From: Desulfobacterales bacterium
Lineage (GTDB): Bacteria; Desulfobacterota; Desulfobacteria; Desulfobacterales; SpSt-501
Assembly: GCA_037481615.1 (NCBI GenBank)
Contig: JBBFLI010000020.1
Strand: one strand, 5' to 3'
DNA length: 64,000 nt
Of this stretch, positions 8,897 to 17,824 are shown in pieces. The position numbers were made by a program, and so were the translations under genes. The notes beneath the pieces are model-generated. The model had not been told where the DNA came from, ran no database searches, and saw only the letters and a program-made list of their open reading frames with translations. Position 1 is the first letter of the stretch; each line of letters starts with the position of its first letter.

Positions 8897-9886
8897 ATGA
8901 AGCGTCTTGTGAAGCGTCTTGGGGTTCTCGCAGGGATCGTGTGGATGGGCGTTTGCCTTTGCCTCTCCGCCGCGCAGGCGGAGACCGTGATCAAGATCGG
9001 CCACGTGCTCAACGCCGACCATGTCTGGCACACCTGCCTCACGGGGTTCGCCGACGAGGTCGCAAAGGCCACCGGCGGGCGCGTCGCGGTCCGGATCTAC
9101 CCGGGCAGCCAGCTCGGCAACGAAAAAGACATGATCGAAGGAATGACGCTTCAGACCGTGGACGGCGGCCTGATCGGCGGGGGATCCTTCCAGGCGATCG
9201 AGCCCAAGTTCGGCATCGAGGCGCTGCCCTACGCCTGGCCGACCCACGAGGCGGCTTACCGCGCCCTCGACGGGGAGCTCGGCGCCCTGCTGCTCAAGGC
9301 GCTCGCCGCCAAGGGGATCGTGGGGCTCGCCTGGTGGGAGAACGGCTTCCGCCACATCACCAACAACAGGCGCCCCATCGTGAAGCCCGAGGACCTGAAA
9401 GGGTTGAAGATCCGGGTGACGCCCGACAAGATGCGCCTGGACACCTTCAAGACCCTCGGCGCCTCCCCCGTGCCGATCAACTTCGGCGAGCTCTACACGG
9501 CGCTGCAGCAGGGGGTGGTGGACGGGCAGGAGAACCCCTTCGCCATCATCTACTCGAGCGCCTTCTACGAGGTGCAGAAGTACCTCTCCCTGAGCGGCCA
9601 CATCTGGGGGTCCGCGCTGCTCTGCGTGAACGCCTCCGTGTGGAAGAAGGTCTCGCCCGAGGACCAGGCGGCCGTCATGAAGCTCGCCGCCAAGTGGCGC
9701 GACGAGGAGCGCCGCCTCACCGTGGCGCAGGAGAACGACTTCCTGGAGAAGCTCAAGCAGAAAGGCATGCAGGTCAACGAGACGGACAAGGCCGCCTTCA
9801 AGAACGCGGTGAGGAGCGTCTGGGCGGACTACGAGGGGGTTTTCGGCAAGGATTTGATGAGCCTGGTCGAACGGTACGGGAAATAG
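8897..9886 (+). CDS. TRAP transporter substrate-binding protein (DctP family), second copy
   Basis: SD AAAGGAGG, then ATG 8897 and a signal peptide ending AAQA. Motifs: IKIGHVLNADH, QLGNEKDMIEGM, LAWWENGFRHITN, EVQKYLSLSGH. Confidence 0.9.
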   Translation: MKRLVKRLGVLAGIVWMGVCLCLSAAQAETVIKIGHVLNADHVWHTCLTGFADEVAKATGGRVAVRIYPGSQLGNEKDMIEGMTLQTVDGGLIGGGSFQAIEPKFGIEALPYAWPTHEAAYRALDGELGALLLKALAAKGIVGLAWWENGFRHITNNRRPIVKPEDLKGLKIRVTPDKMRLDTFKTLGASPVPINFGELYTALQQGVVDGQENPFAIIYSSAFYEVQKYLSLSGHIWGSALLCVNASVWKKVSPEDQAAVMKLAAKWRDEERRLTVAQENDFLEKLKQKGMQVNETDKAAFKNAVRSVWADYEGVFGKDLMSLVERYGK

Positions 9887-9913
9887 GGGCCGGTGGGCGG
9901 CGGTCGCGGCAAG

Positions 9914-10369
9914 ATGTTCCCCACCCTCCTGCGGGCGGTCGACTTCCTGATCGCGACCGCCGTCGTCTTGACCTGCATCGAGGTCCTGGTGGAGGTCGCG
10001 TTCCGGTACCTGTTTCATCTCCCCCTGCCCTGGGGGGCGGAGTTGTCCCAGACGCTGCTCGTCTGGGTCACGTTCGTCGGCGCGGCCTCGGCGCTTGCGC
10101 GCGGCGAGCACATGGCGATCGGGCTCGCCGTCCAGAAGGTGAAATCGCCCCGGCTGCGGTCGATCGTGCGGACGGCCGGGCGGCTCGCCGTCCTGGGGTT
10201 CCTCGGCCTGGGGGTCTGGGCCGGGGGGCTGGTGACCAGCAGGACCTGGGCGCTGCGGACGACGGCGCTCCAGATTCCGGCGGGCCTTCTCTACCTCGCC
10301 TTCCCCGCGGGCTGCCTGCTCATGGCGTTCATCGTCCTGCGGGAGCTTTCCCGGGGCGGAAAGGAGTGA
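9914..10369 (+). CDS. TRAP small permease (DctQ family), intact copy
   Basis: A four-TM small protein with WGAELSQTLLVWVTFVGAASALARGEHMAIGL. The start could also be GTG 9893. Confidence 0.85.
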   Translation: MFPTLLRAVDFLIATAVVLTCIEVLVEVAFRYLFHLPLPWGAELSQTLLVWVTFVGAASALARGEHMAIGLAVQKVKSPRLRSIVRTAGRLAVLGFLGLGVWAGGLVTSRTWALRTTALQIPAGLLYLAFPAGCLLMAFIVLRELSRGGKE

Positions 10370-10376
10370 ACCCCCC

Positions 10377-11651
10377 GTGGCCACGCTCCTGATCGTCATG
10401 GCCGTGACCCTCCTCCTGGGGGTTCCCGTCGCCTTTGCGATCGCGATCTCGGGGGTGTTCTATCTCCTCGTCGAGTCCTCGGTGCCCGTGCTCGTCTTCG
10501 CCCAGCGGATGGTGGTCGGGGTCGACTCCTTCACGCTGCTTGCCATCCCGCTGTTTCTCCTGGCCGGGGCCGTGATGGCGGAGGGTGGGATCACGCCGCG
10601 CATCATGCGCCTGGCGGCGGCCTGCGTGGGTCACATCCCGGGCGGCATGGCGGTGGTGATGGTGCTCTCGTGCATGCTCTTCGGCGCCATCTCCGGCTCC
10701 GGCGTGGCCGATGTGGCCGCCATCGGCTCGATCATGCTGCCGGCGATGAAGAACCAGGGCTACAAGCCGGCCTTCAGCGCCGCGCTCCTCGGTTGCGCCG
10801 GCTCCCTCGGCACCATCATCCCCCCGAGCATCGTGATGGTGGTCCTGGGGGTGAGCATGGGGGTTTCGATCGGCAAGCTCTTCCTGGGGGGGATCCTGCC
10901 CGGCATCCTGGCCGGCGGGGCGCTGATGCTGATCTCCTGGGGGTTCTCCGTCCGGGAGAACTACCCTCGGCTCGAGAGGGCCTCCGGCAAAGAGATCCTT
11001 CAGGCCCTGCAGGGGGCGCTTCTTCCCCTGCTCACCCCGGCGATCATCATCGGCGGGATCGTCTACGGGGTTTTCACGGCCACGGAGGCGGGGGCGGTGG
11101 CCGTCCTCTACGCCTTCGTGCTCTCGGTGTTCGTTTACCGGAAGGTCACCCTGCGGCGGTTTTTCGAAGTTTGCCTCGAGGTGGGGCGGACCAGCGCCGT
11201 GGTTCTGTTCATCATCGCCGCGGCGAGCCTCTTCGGGTGGATCCTGACCGCGGAGGACATTCCCCAGAAGGTGGCCTCCTTTCTCCTCTCCGTCTCCCGT
11301 GAGCGCTGGGCCCTGCTGATCCTCTTCAACCTGCTGCTCGTCCTGCTGGGGATGTTCATGGAGACCATTGCGATCATCCTGATCGTGGTCCCGATCTTCT
11401 TCCCGATCATGCAGCAGGTCGGTGTGGACCCGATCCATTTCGGAGTCATGATCTGCGTGAATCTGGCGGTCGGGGCGAACACGCCGCCCCTGGGCGTCGA
11501 TCTGCTGGCCGCGTGCAAGATCGCCGGAATCCCCTACGAGGACTCTTTCCGCTATATATTGCCCTTCGTCGGGGCCATGGTCGCCGCGCTCGCCCTGATC
11601 GTCGCGTTCCCGCCGCTGGTGACGGCGATCCCGAACTGGTTCATGCGCTGA
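10377..11651 (+). CDS. TRAP transporter large permease (DctM family), second copy
   Basis: A 424-aa polytopic protein, colinear with the first DctM (GVPVAFAIAISG, IPLFLLAGAVMAEGG). Confidence 0.9.
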   Translation: MATLLIVMAVTLLLGVPVAFAIAISGVFYLLVESSVPVLVFAQRMVVGVDSFTLLAIPLFLLAGAVMAEGGITPRIMRLAAACVGHIPGGMAVVMVLSCMLFGAISGSGVADVAAIGSIMLPAMKNQGYKPAFSAALLGCAGSLGTIIPPSIVMVVLGVSMGVSIGKLFLGGILPGILAGGALMLISWGFSVRENYPRLERASGKEILQALQGALLPLLTPAIIIGGIVYGVFTATEAGAVAVLYAFVLSVFVYRKVTLRRFFEVCLEVGRTSAVVLFIIAAASLFGWILTAEDIPQKVASFLLSVSRERWALLILFNLLLVLLGMFMETIAIILIVVPIFFPIMQQVGVDPIHFGVMICVNLAVGANTPPLGVDLLAACKIAGIPYEDSFRYILPFVGAMVAALALIVAFPPLVTAIPNWFMR

Positions 11652-11724
11652 CGATCTTCGCCAAGGGCGCGGGCGGGGCATCCCCCGGCTTCCCTGGAAA
11701 GAAGCCGGAGCGGCGCAACTCGAG

Positions 11725-13092
11725 TTGCGGGGCGCTGAATTGCGAAACCTTCTGATTTCCGGCGTTCTCATCGCGGCCTGGCTGACCCCGCGGGTGGCGG
11801 CGGCCGAGGATTGCTGGACGGCGACGCTTCAGGTTGCCGTCGAGGAGAGCTACGGGACCGAGGGCCGCAAGAAAGGGGAGGTCTATCGCCGCTGGGATCG
11901 GTTGCAGGGGGAGGGCGAGGTCCGCTTCCTGGTCGGCGGGGGCAAAAAGGGGATCGTGCACCAGAGCCTTCGGGGCGGCTGGGAGGGGACGATCTTCCGG
12001 GAGACCTCCTGCGTGGTCCACGAGGGAAAAATCTCCGGGAGGTTGACCGAGGGGGTGACCCGCAAGGACGCGATCCATACGGCTTTCTGGTCCATGCGCC
12101 TGGAGGGTCACTCGGCGGCGAAGGCCGCGAAGGGCTGCCGCCAGGAGACCTTCCCCGACATCGCGGAGGAGGAAGAGCGGGCCGATCCACGGTTCCACGA
12201 TATCGTTCACCCCGGCCTGGACAGGCTGGTTTCGCTCTGCAAGAAGGCCCGTTCCTTGCCGGCGCTCGGGGATTGCCGCACGACGCCCGATGAGATCTCC
12301 GGGCATCTGACGCTGACGCAGTCTTCGCCGGGGGTGGGTGAGCCGACCGTCCTGAGTCTCGGGGGGCTGGATGTTCGCTACCAGACGCGCTACAGGTGGG
12401 CGGCGCGTCGGGTCCCCTGCGGCTGCACGGCCGCCGTCGTTCGTGTGGTCGGGGAGGCGCGGCTGAACGGCCGGCCGCTCCGGGAAGGGGTCGAATTCAG
12501 CCTGAGCGGGGCGACGATCGAGACGATCGGCCGGGGGCAGGTCGTGATCGAGACCCCGGATCACCTGCAGATCCGCGTCAAATCGCGGACGCGGATGGAT
12601 CTCTCCGGGCTCTGCCGGGAGATCGAAGCGGGGCGGGACGAAAGCCCGCGGTGGATCCGGGACATCTCCGGGGCCTTTTATCTCATCGCCAAAAAACTCG
12701 CCGGTGCGGACGGCAAGGGGCCCTGGGGGATCCAGGCCACCGCCGGCGCCCCGCGCGGAGGCCTGGTCCCGGAGCGGCCCCTGATCGCGGCGGTCGGATT
12801 CCGGCCGGGAACGACCCCGGCGCCCCTCTTTCTCGCCGGGGGGGGAGCCGGTGAAGAGCGAACCGACAGCGACGAGGCCGCGGCCCGGCAGGCCCCGGCG
12901 GCCGTATTCTGCCACTACCGCCCCGAGGAGGGGATTCTCCTGCTCGAGGTGTTGCGGGGGGCGCTGATGGTGCGGGAGTCGGCGGGAGGCACGAGGCTCC
13001 TGCGGGAAGGGGAGGCTTTTCAGAGGCGCTGGCCGCCCGATCTCGACCCGGCGAAGCTGCAGACGGTGGCAGCCTGGTTCGCCCCCCAATAG
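11725..13092 (+). CDS. Hypothetical exported protein with a FecR-like beta-sandwich segment
   Basis: The N-terminal signal-like segment LLISGVLIAAWLTPRVAAA is followed by Cys-containing mature protein. The segment VVRVVGEARLNGRPLREGVEFSLSGATIETIGRGQVVIETPDHLQIRVKS resembles FecR-type domains. Start is TTG 11725 or TTG 11740. The stop TAG is provided by the repeat at 13090. Confidence 0.6.
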   Translation: MRGAELRNLLISGVLIAAWLTPRVAAAEDCWTATLQVAVEESYGTEGRKKGEVYRRWDRLQGEGEVRFLVGGGKKGIVHQSLRGGWEGTIFRETSCVVHEGKISGRLTEGVTRKDAIHTAFWSMRLEGHSAAKAAKGCRQETFPDIAEEEERADPRFHDIVHPGLDRLVSLCKKARSLPALGDCRTTPDEISGHLTLTQSSPGVGEPTVLSLGGLDVRYQTRYRWAARRVPCGCTAAVVRVVGEARLNGRPLREGVEFSLSGATIETIGRGQVVIETPDHLQIRVKSRTRMDLSGLCREIEAGRDESPRWIRDISGAFYLIAKKLAGADGKGPWGIQATAGAPRGGLVPERPLIAAVGFRPGTTPAPLFLAGGGAGEERTDSDEAAARQAPAAVFCHYRPEEGILLLEVLRGALMVRESAGGTRLLREGEAFQRRWPPDLDPAKLQTVAAWFAPQ

Positions 13093-13117
13093 GGGACGTC
13101 CATTCATATATCATTTT
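13090..13117 (+). repeat. Solo half-unit of the AGGGGACGTCCATT repeat family
   Basis: TAGGGGACGTCCATTCATATATCATTTT. Its first three bases are the stop codon of the upstream gene. Confidence 0.85.
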
Positions 13118-13168
13118 CCCGCTCCTTTGCACTCCAAATGATCCGCGGCGAAAGCCGCCGGGAGCCCC

Positions 13169-14743
13169 ATGGAACTCTTTCCGCCGCTGACCTTTTCGGC
13201 CGCCGGAGTGTTGGCCGTCTTGCTCGCCCTCGTCGTGCTGATCTTCCTCACGGCGCGCAGGAAAACCCTGGAGCCCGATGCCTTTGAAAAAAGACTGCGC
13301 GATCTCGAGCAGCTTCACGAGCGCACCGAACGCACCCTGCGGGAGGAGCTGGGACGGAACCGGGAGGAAGCCGCGGCCGCCCGGCAGCGGCTGAGGCAGG
13401 AGATCGCCGTCGTGATCCGGAAGTTCGGGGAAGGCCTGCAGCGGCAGCTCGAGCGGCTGACGGGCAGTCTGGGCGAGCGGCAGGATCAGCTTCGCGGCGC
13501 CGTCGAGGAGAGGCTCGCGCGGATGCTCCAGGAGGCCGCCCAGGGGCTCGATCGCCTGCAGGGGGCTCTCACGGGCGCAAGCGGCCGGATGCGCGAGGAG
13601 ACGGGGCAGGCGCTCAAGTCCTTCAACGACACGGTCCTGCAGGCCCTGACGGCGATGAGCGAACTCCAGAAAACGGAGTTTGCGGCATTCGCCGCGCAGC
13701 TGGAACGGCTCTCCGAATCCCATGTACAGCGGATCGAGGCTCTCCGGCAGGCGGTCGAGGAGAACCTGAGCGCGATCCAGCAGGAAAACCGTGCCCGCCT
13801 GGAGGACATGCGCCGCACCGTGGAGGAAAAGCTCGAGGGGACGCTCGAGAAGCGCCTGGGGGAGTCTTTCCGGCAAGTGAGCGAGCGGCTGGAGCAGGTG
13901 CACCGGGGCCTGGGCGAGATGCAGGCGCTCGCCGCCGGCGTGGGCGACTTGAAGCGGATGCTGGCGAACGTCAAGACCCGGGGCACCTGGGGCGAAGTCC
14001 AGCTCGGGGCCCTCCTTTCCGAGGTGCTGGCGGCCGAGCAGTTCGCCGAGAACGTGGCGACAAAGGAAGGCGGCGAGCGGGTCGAGTTTGCGATCCGGCT
14101 GCCGGGGCGCGGGGAAGAGGAGGAGCCGGTTCTCCTTCCGATCGATGCGAAGTTCCCTCTCGAGGACTACCTCCGGCTGACCGAGGCGCAGGAGCGGGCC
14201 GACGCCGCGGCCGCCGAGGAGGCTTCGCGCGGCCTGGAGATTCGCATCCGGCAATGTGCCGCGGACATCGCGCGCAAGTACCTGAACCCGCCGCGGACGA
14301 CCGATTTTGCGATCCTGTTTCTCCCCACCGAAGGCCTCTTCGCCGAGGTGGTGCGCCGCCCCGGCCTCGCCGAGACGGTCCAGCGGGAGAGCCGGGTCGT
14401 GATCGCCGGGCCCACGACGCTCTGGTCGATTCTGACGAGCCTGCAGATGGGCTTCCGCACTCTGGCGATTGAGAAGCGCTCGAGCGAGGTCTGGAAGCTG
14501 CTCGCGGCGGTCAAGACCGAGTGGGGACGCTACGGAGAGATCCTGCAGCGGGTGCAGAGGAAGCTCCAGGAAGCCTCGAGCACGATCGAGAAGGCCGAGC
14601 GGCGAAGCCGGGTGATCGGCCGCAGGCTGCGGGAGGTCGAGGAGCTCCCGCCAGGCGAGGCGCAAGGGTTGCTGGGGCTTCAACCCGCCGTTGCCGCGGG
14701 CGATGAAGATCGGCAAAGAGAGCCCGGGGCGGGCGCGGAGTGA
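13169..14743 (+). CDS. rmuC: DNA recombination protein RmuC
   Basis: N-terminal TM segment, a long coiled-coil, and a C-terminal RmuC nuclease-like region (GTWGEVQLGALLSEVL...FAIRLPG...LPIDAKFPLEDY...DFAILFLPTEGLFAE...VIAGPTTLWSIL). Confidence 0.9.
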   Translation: MELFPPLTFSAAGVLAVLLALVVLIFLTARRKTLEPDAFEKRLRDLEQLHERTERTLREELGRNREEAAAARQRLRQEIAVVIRKFGEGLQRQLERLTGSLGERQDQLRGAVEERLARMLQEAAQGLDRLQGALTGASGRMREETGQALKSFNDTVLQALTAMSELQKTEFAAFAAQLERLSESHVQRIEALRQAVEENLSAIQQENRARLEDMRRTVEEKLEGTLEKRLGESFRQVSERLEQVHRGLGEMQALAAGVGDLKRMLANVKTRGTWGEVQLGALLSEVLAAEQFAENVATKEGGERVEFAIRLPGRGEEEEPVLLPIDAKFPLEDYLRLTEAQERADAAAAEEASRGLEIRIRQCAADIARKYLNPPRTTDFAILFLPTEGLFAEVVRRPGLAETVQRESRVVIAGPTTLWSILTSLQMGFRTLAIEKRSSEVWKLLAAVKTEWGRYGEILQRVQRKLQEASSTIEKAERRSRVIGRRLREVEELPPGEAQGLLGLQPAVAAGDEDRQREPGAGAE

Positions 14744-15791
14744 TCCAGGTCGCCCTCCGCAGTCCCCTGCCGCCCAGGCTCCGGGGGGAGATGCCCATGT
14801 TGAGCCGAAGAATGTTTTTGGCGGCCGCGGGCGCGACGCCCTCCGTGAGATGGTGCGCTACGCGACCCTGGCCCCCTCGAGCCACAATACCCAGTGCTGG
14901 CGGTTTCGGGCGGCCGAGCGATCCGTCGCCATCCTCCCGGATTTCGCACGCCGCTGCCCGCTCGTCGACCCCGACGACCACCACCTGTTCGTGAGTCTCG
15001 GCTGCGCGGCGCAGAACCTGCTCCTCGCGGCGGAGGCGATGGGCTTCCGCGGTGAGGCGGTCTACGATGACCGGGACGGAGGGGCGATCCGGGTTCAACT
15101 CGAGAAAAACACCCCCCGGCGATCGCCGCTCTTCGAGGCCATTCCGAGGCGGCAATCGACACGGGGCGAGTACGACGGGACTCCTCTTTCCAACCGGGAA
15201 TTGCGTTTTTTCGAGGGGTCTGGTTGCGGCGATGGGGTCGAGGTGCGCCTGATCACCGAGCGCCGGGAGATGGAGAGGGTCCTCGAGTTCGTGGTCGAGG
15301 CGAACCGGGTGCAGATGCGCGACCCCGCCTTCGTGCGGGAGTTGAAGTCCTGGATCCGGTACGACGGGCGCGAGGCCGTGCAGCGGGGCGACGGGCTCTT
15401 TTCCGCGTCCTCCGGCAACCCGACCGTCCCCCCTTTCCTCGGCCGCCTGATGTTCGACCTTTTCCTCGACGAGGCGAGGGAGACCGCGAAATACAGCAGG
15501 CACATCCGCAGCGCGGCGGGCCTTGCCGTCTTTTTCTCCGGGGGCGATGACCGGGCCCGCTGGGTCGCGGCGGGCCGCGCCTTCCAGCGCCTCGCCCTCC
15601 AGGCCGAGGTCCTTGATGTGCGCACGGCGCACCTGAACCAGCCGCTCGAGGTCGCCCCGCTCCGCGCTTCCTTCGCGGCCGCCTTCGGCCTGGGAAAGGC
15701 CCGGCCGGACCTCCTCATCCGCTTCGGGCACGGCCCCAAACTTCCGCCTTCCCTGCGGCGGCCGATCGATCGGGTAATCGAAGCAGTATAG
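14703..15791 (+). CDS. Nitroreductase-family (Acg-like, tandem nitroreductase fold) FMN oxidoreductase. The start is uncertain.
   Basis: LREMVRYATLAPSSHNTQCWRF...LFVSLGCAAQNLLLAAEAMG...RQSTRGEY...RLALQAEVLDVRTAHLNQP. In-frame starts are TTG 14691, ATG 14703 and ATG 14850. A better SD and a Tat-like leader sit in another frame (see findings). The stop TAG comes from the repeat at 15789. Confidence 0.75.
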   Translation: MKIGKESPGRARSDPGRPPQSPAAQAPGGDAHVEPKNVFGGRGRDALREMVRYATLAPSSHNTQCWRFRAAERSVAILPDFARRCPLVDPDDHHLFVSLGCAAQNLLLAAEAMGFRGEAVYDDRDGGAIRVQLEKNTPRRSPLFEAIPRRQSTRGEYDGTPLSNRELRFFEGSGCGDGVEVRLITERREMERVLEFVVEANRVQMRDPAFVRELKSWIRYDGREAVQRGDGLFSASSGNPTVPPFLGRLMFDLFLDEARETAKYSRHIRSAAGLAVFFSGGDDRARWVAAGRAFQRLALQAEVLDVRTAHLNQPLEVAPLRASFAAAFGLGKARPDLLIRFGHGPKLPPSLRRPIDRVIEAV

Positions 15792-15816
15792 GGGACGTCC
15801 ATTGATATATCATTAT
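15789..15816 (+). repeat. Solo half-unit of the AGGGGACGTCCATT repeat family
   Basis: TAGGGGACGTCCATTGATATATCATTAT, in the same orientation as the copy at 13090. Its TAG is the nitroreductase stop codon. Confidence 0.85.
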
Positions 15817-15881
15817 GGCTTTTTCGGCTGATGCCCCGATAAACATCCCCCGCGTGCCGCCGGGGCAAAAGGTTTCGTAAG

Positions 15882-17741
15882 GTGGCTCGAGAGCGAACTT
15901 TTTATGATGAGCGGCCCGATTACAGCCGGCTGCGGCTTGTCATCCCGGGTTCCTTTCGTCACCGAGCGGCGGAGAGGCTCGCCTTCCTGTACGGCGACCG
16001 GGATGCCGCGGCTTGGATGCCCGAGCTCGAGCGGGTCCTCCAGGTGCATCACGCCTGCAGGCCGCCCGCGATGCTCGCCAAGGAGCTTGCCTACGTTCCC
16101 CCGCGGCGCTTTCACCAGGGGCACATCCTGCCCGTAACATACGGCGACCTGGTGCAAGGAGCGGGGCCGACACCGCTGGCGGTCCTGAGACGTTTCGTCG
16201 AACGCTACGCGGGCGATGCGGTCAACACGATCCACCTGCTTCCCTTCTTTCCCTGTTCCTCGGACCGTGGCTTCGCCGTGATCGACGATCGCCGGGTGGA
16301 CGTGCGGCTGGGTTCCTGGCAGGACATCTGTGACGCCAAGCAACGCTACGACCTCATGTTCGATGCCGTGCTGAGCCACGGCTCCTCGCGAAGCGAGCTG
16401 TTCCAAGAGTTTTTGAACGGAAACCCGCAGTTCAAGGATTTCTTCATCGCCTTCGCTCGCCCGACGAGCTCACCCCCGCTAAGCGGCGCAAGATCTTCCG
16501 CCCCCGGACTTCAGACATCCTCACGCGGTTCGAGACGATCGATGGGCCCCGGTGGGTGTGGACCACCTTTTCGCCCGATCAGGTGGACTTCAACTTTCGC
16601 AACCCGGCCGTCCTCCTGCGGATACTCGAAAGCCTGCTCTTTTACGTCCGCAAGGGCGCCGATCTGCTGCGGCTCGATGCGGTCCCCTCCATCTGGGCGG
16701 AACCCGGAACGGAGAGCGTGCATCTGCCCCAGACCCATGACATCGTGAAACTGCTGCGCGACGTGTTCGACCCGGCGGCTTCCGGGGTTGCCCTCGTCAC
16801 CGAGACCAACGTGCCGCATGACCAGAACGTCGCCTACTTCGGAAACGGCCGCGACGAAGCCCACATCGTCTACAACTTCGCCCTGCCGCCGCTTGTGCTG
16901 CACGCCTTTTTCACCGGGGACGCCGGGGCCTTGTCCCGCTGTGCGACGACGATGGATCCGCCTTCCGAGGAGACGGCTTTCCTCAACATCCTCGACACCC
17001 ATGACGGCATCGGGCTGCAGGGGGCGCGCGGAATCCCGCCGGGCAAGGAGCTCGACTTTCTCGTAGAACAGGCGCGCTCCCGGGGGGCCCGGGTTTCCTA
17101 CAAGTCCACGCAGGAGGGTGGGCGCGAGCCTTACGAAATCAATTCCACCTGGTGGAGCGCTCTCAACCCCGACAGCGAAGGGGAGGGGATCGGGCTCCAG
17201 ATCGAACGCTATCTCGCCTCCCGCGCCGTGGCCCTGGTGCTGCGGGGGGTGCCCGGAATTTCCATCCACGGGGCCCTCGGGACCGAAAATGATTACGGGG
17301 CCGCCAAGGCATCGGGCGTGAACCGCGACCTGAACCGCGGCATCATCGAAGAGGAGGAGCGTGCGGCGGAGGAGCTTCGGGACCGGGGCTCGAAGCTATC
17401 GCTTCTCTTCCGCGGCTGTTCGCCCTGCTGCGCACCGCGCCCGAAGGCGATGAATCGGTATTGACGCTGACGGGGTGGGCCCGGAGGAGACCCGGCTTCG
17501 CCTTTCGCTCGCCGAGGCGGACCTCCCGGGTGGGGAGTTCCGTGACCTCCTGAGCGGGCGCATCTTCCCGGCCTCAGGCGACACCCTGTCGCTCACCCTT
17601 CCCCCCTACGGCCGCCTTTGGCTGAAATGGAGAGGGGGACGTAGAGAGGGGGACGTCCATTTAGATATCGTTATGAGCCCAGAAAGTGATATCAGAATGG
17701 ACGTCCCCTCTTTGTGTTTTGGTCTGTTGCATTTGATTTGA
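15882..17741 (+). pseudogene. GH13_18-type sugar phosphorylase (sucrose phosphorylase / YcjM-like), decayed by at least 3 frameshifts and a probable internal deletion
   Basis: Frame A (15882 on): ...NTIHLLPFFPCSSDRGFAVIDDRRVD...YDLMFDAVLSHGS...FKDFFIAF. The reading shifts near 16452-16457 to SPDELTPAKRRKIFRPRTSDILTRFETIDGPRWVWTTFSPDQVDFNFRNPAVLL...LRLDAV...DTHDGIG (ORF 16556-17464). Near 17390-17475 two more shifts are needed (…EAIASLPRLFALLRTAPEGDESVLTLTG, then GPEETRLRLSLAEADLPGGEFRDLLSG...LTLPPYGRLWLK). The last frame then reads into the repeat element. Confidence 0.75.
17631..17711. repeat. Complete hairpin element of the AGGGGACGTCCATT family (17645-17711) plus a 12-nt partial tip duplication (17631-17642)
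   Basis: AGAGGGGGACGTCCATTTAGATATCGTTAT-GAGCCCAGAA-AGTGATATCAGAATGGACGTCCCCTCT, preceded by AGAGGGGGACGT. Confidence 0.85.
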
Positions 17742-17767
17742 TTCAGCGGGATTGGTAGATCTATAAA
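17738..17767 (+). promoter_or_regulatory. Candidate sigma70-type promoter for the 17825 gene
   Basis: TTGATT (17738-17743), 18 nt, TATAAA (17762-17767), in an AT-rich patch. Downstream, CCTCCGGTCCCGGGAGG can pair over the SD GGGAGGTG. Confidence 0.3.
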
Positions 17768-17824
17768 TCGATCACACTCCTGTTATCCCCCCTTCCTGCA
17801 ACCTCCGGTCCCGGGAGGTGCGAA

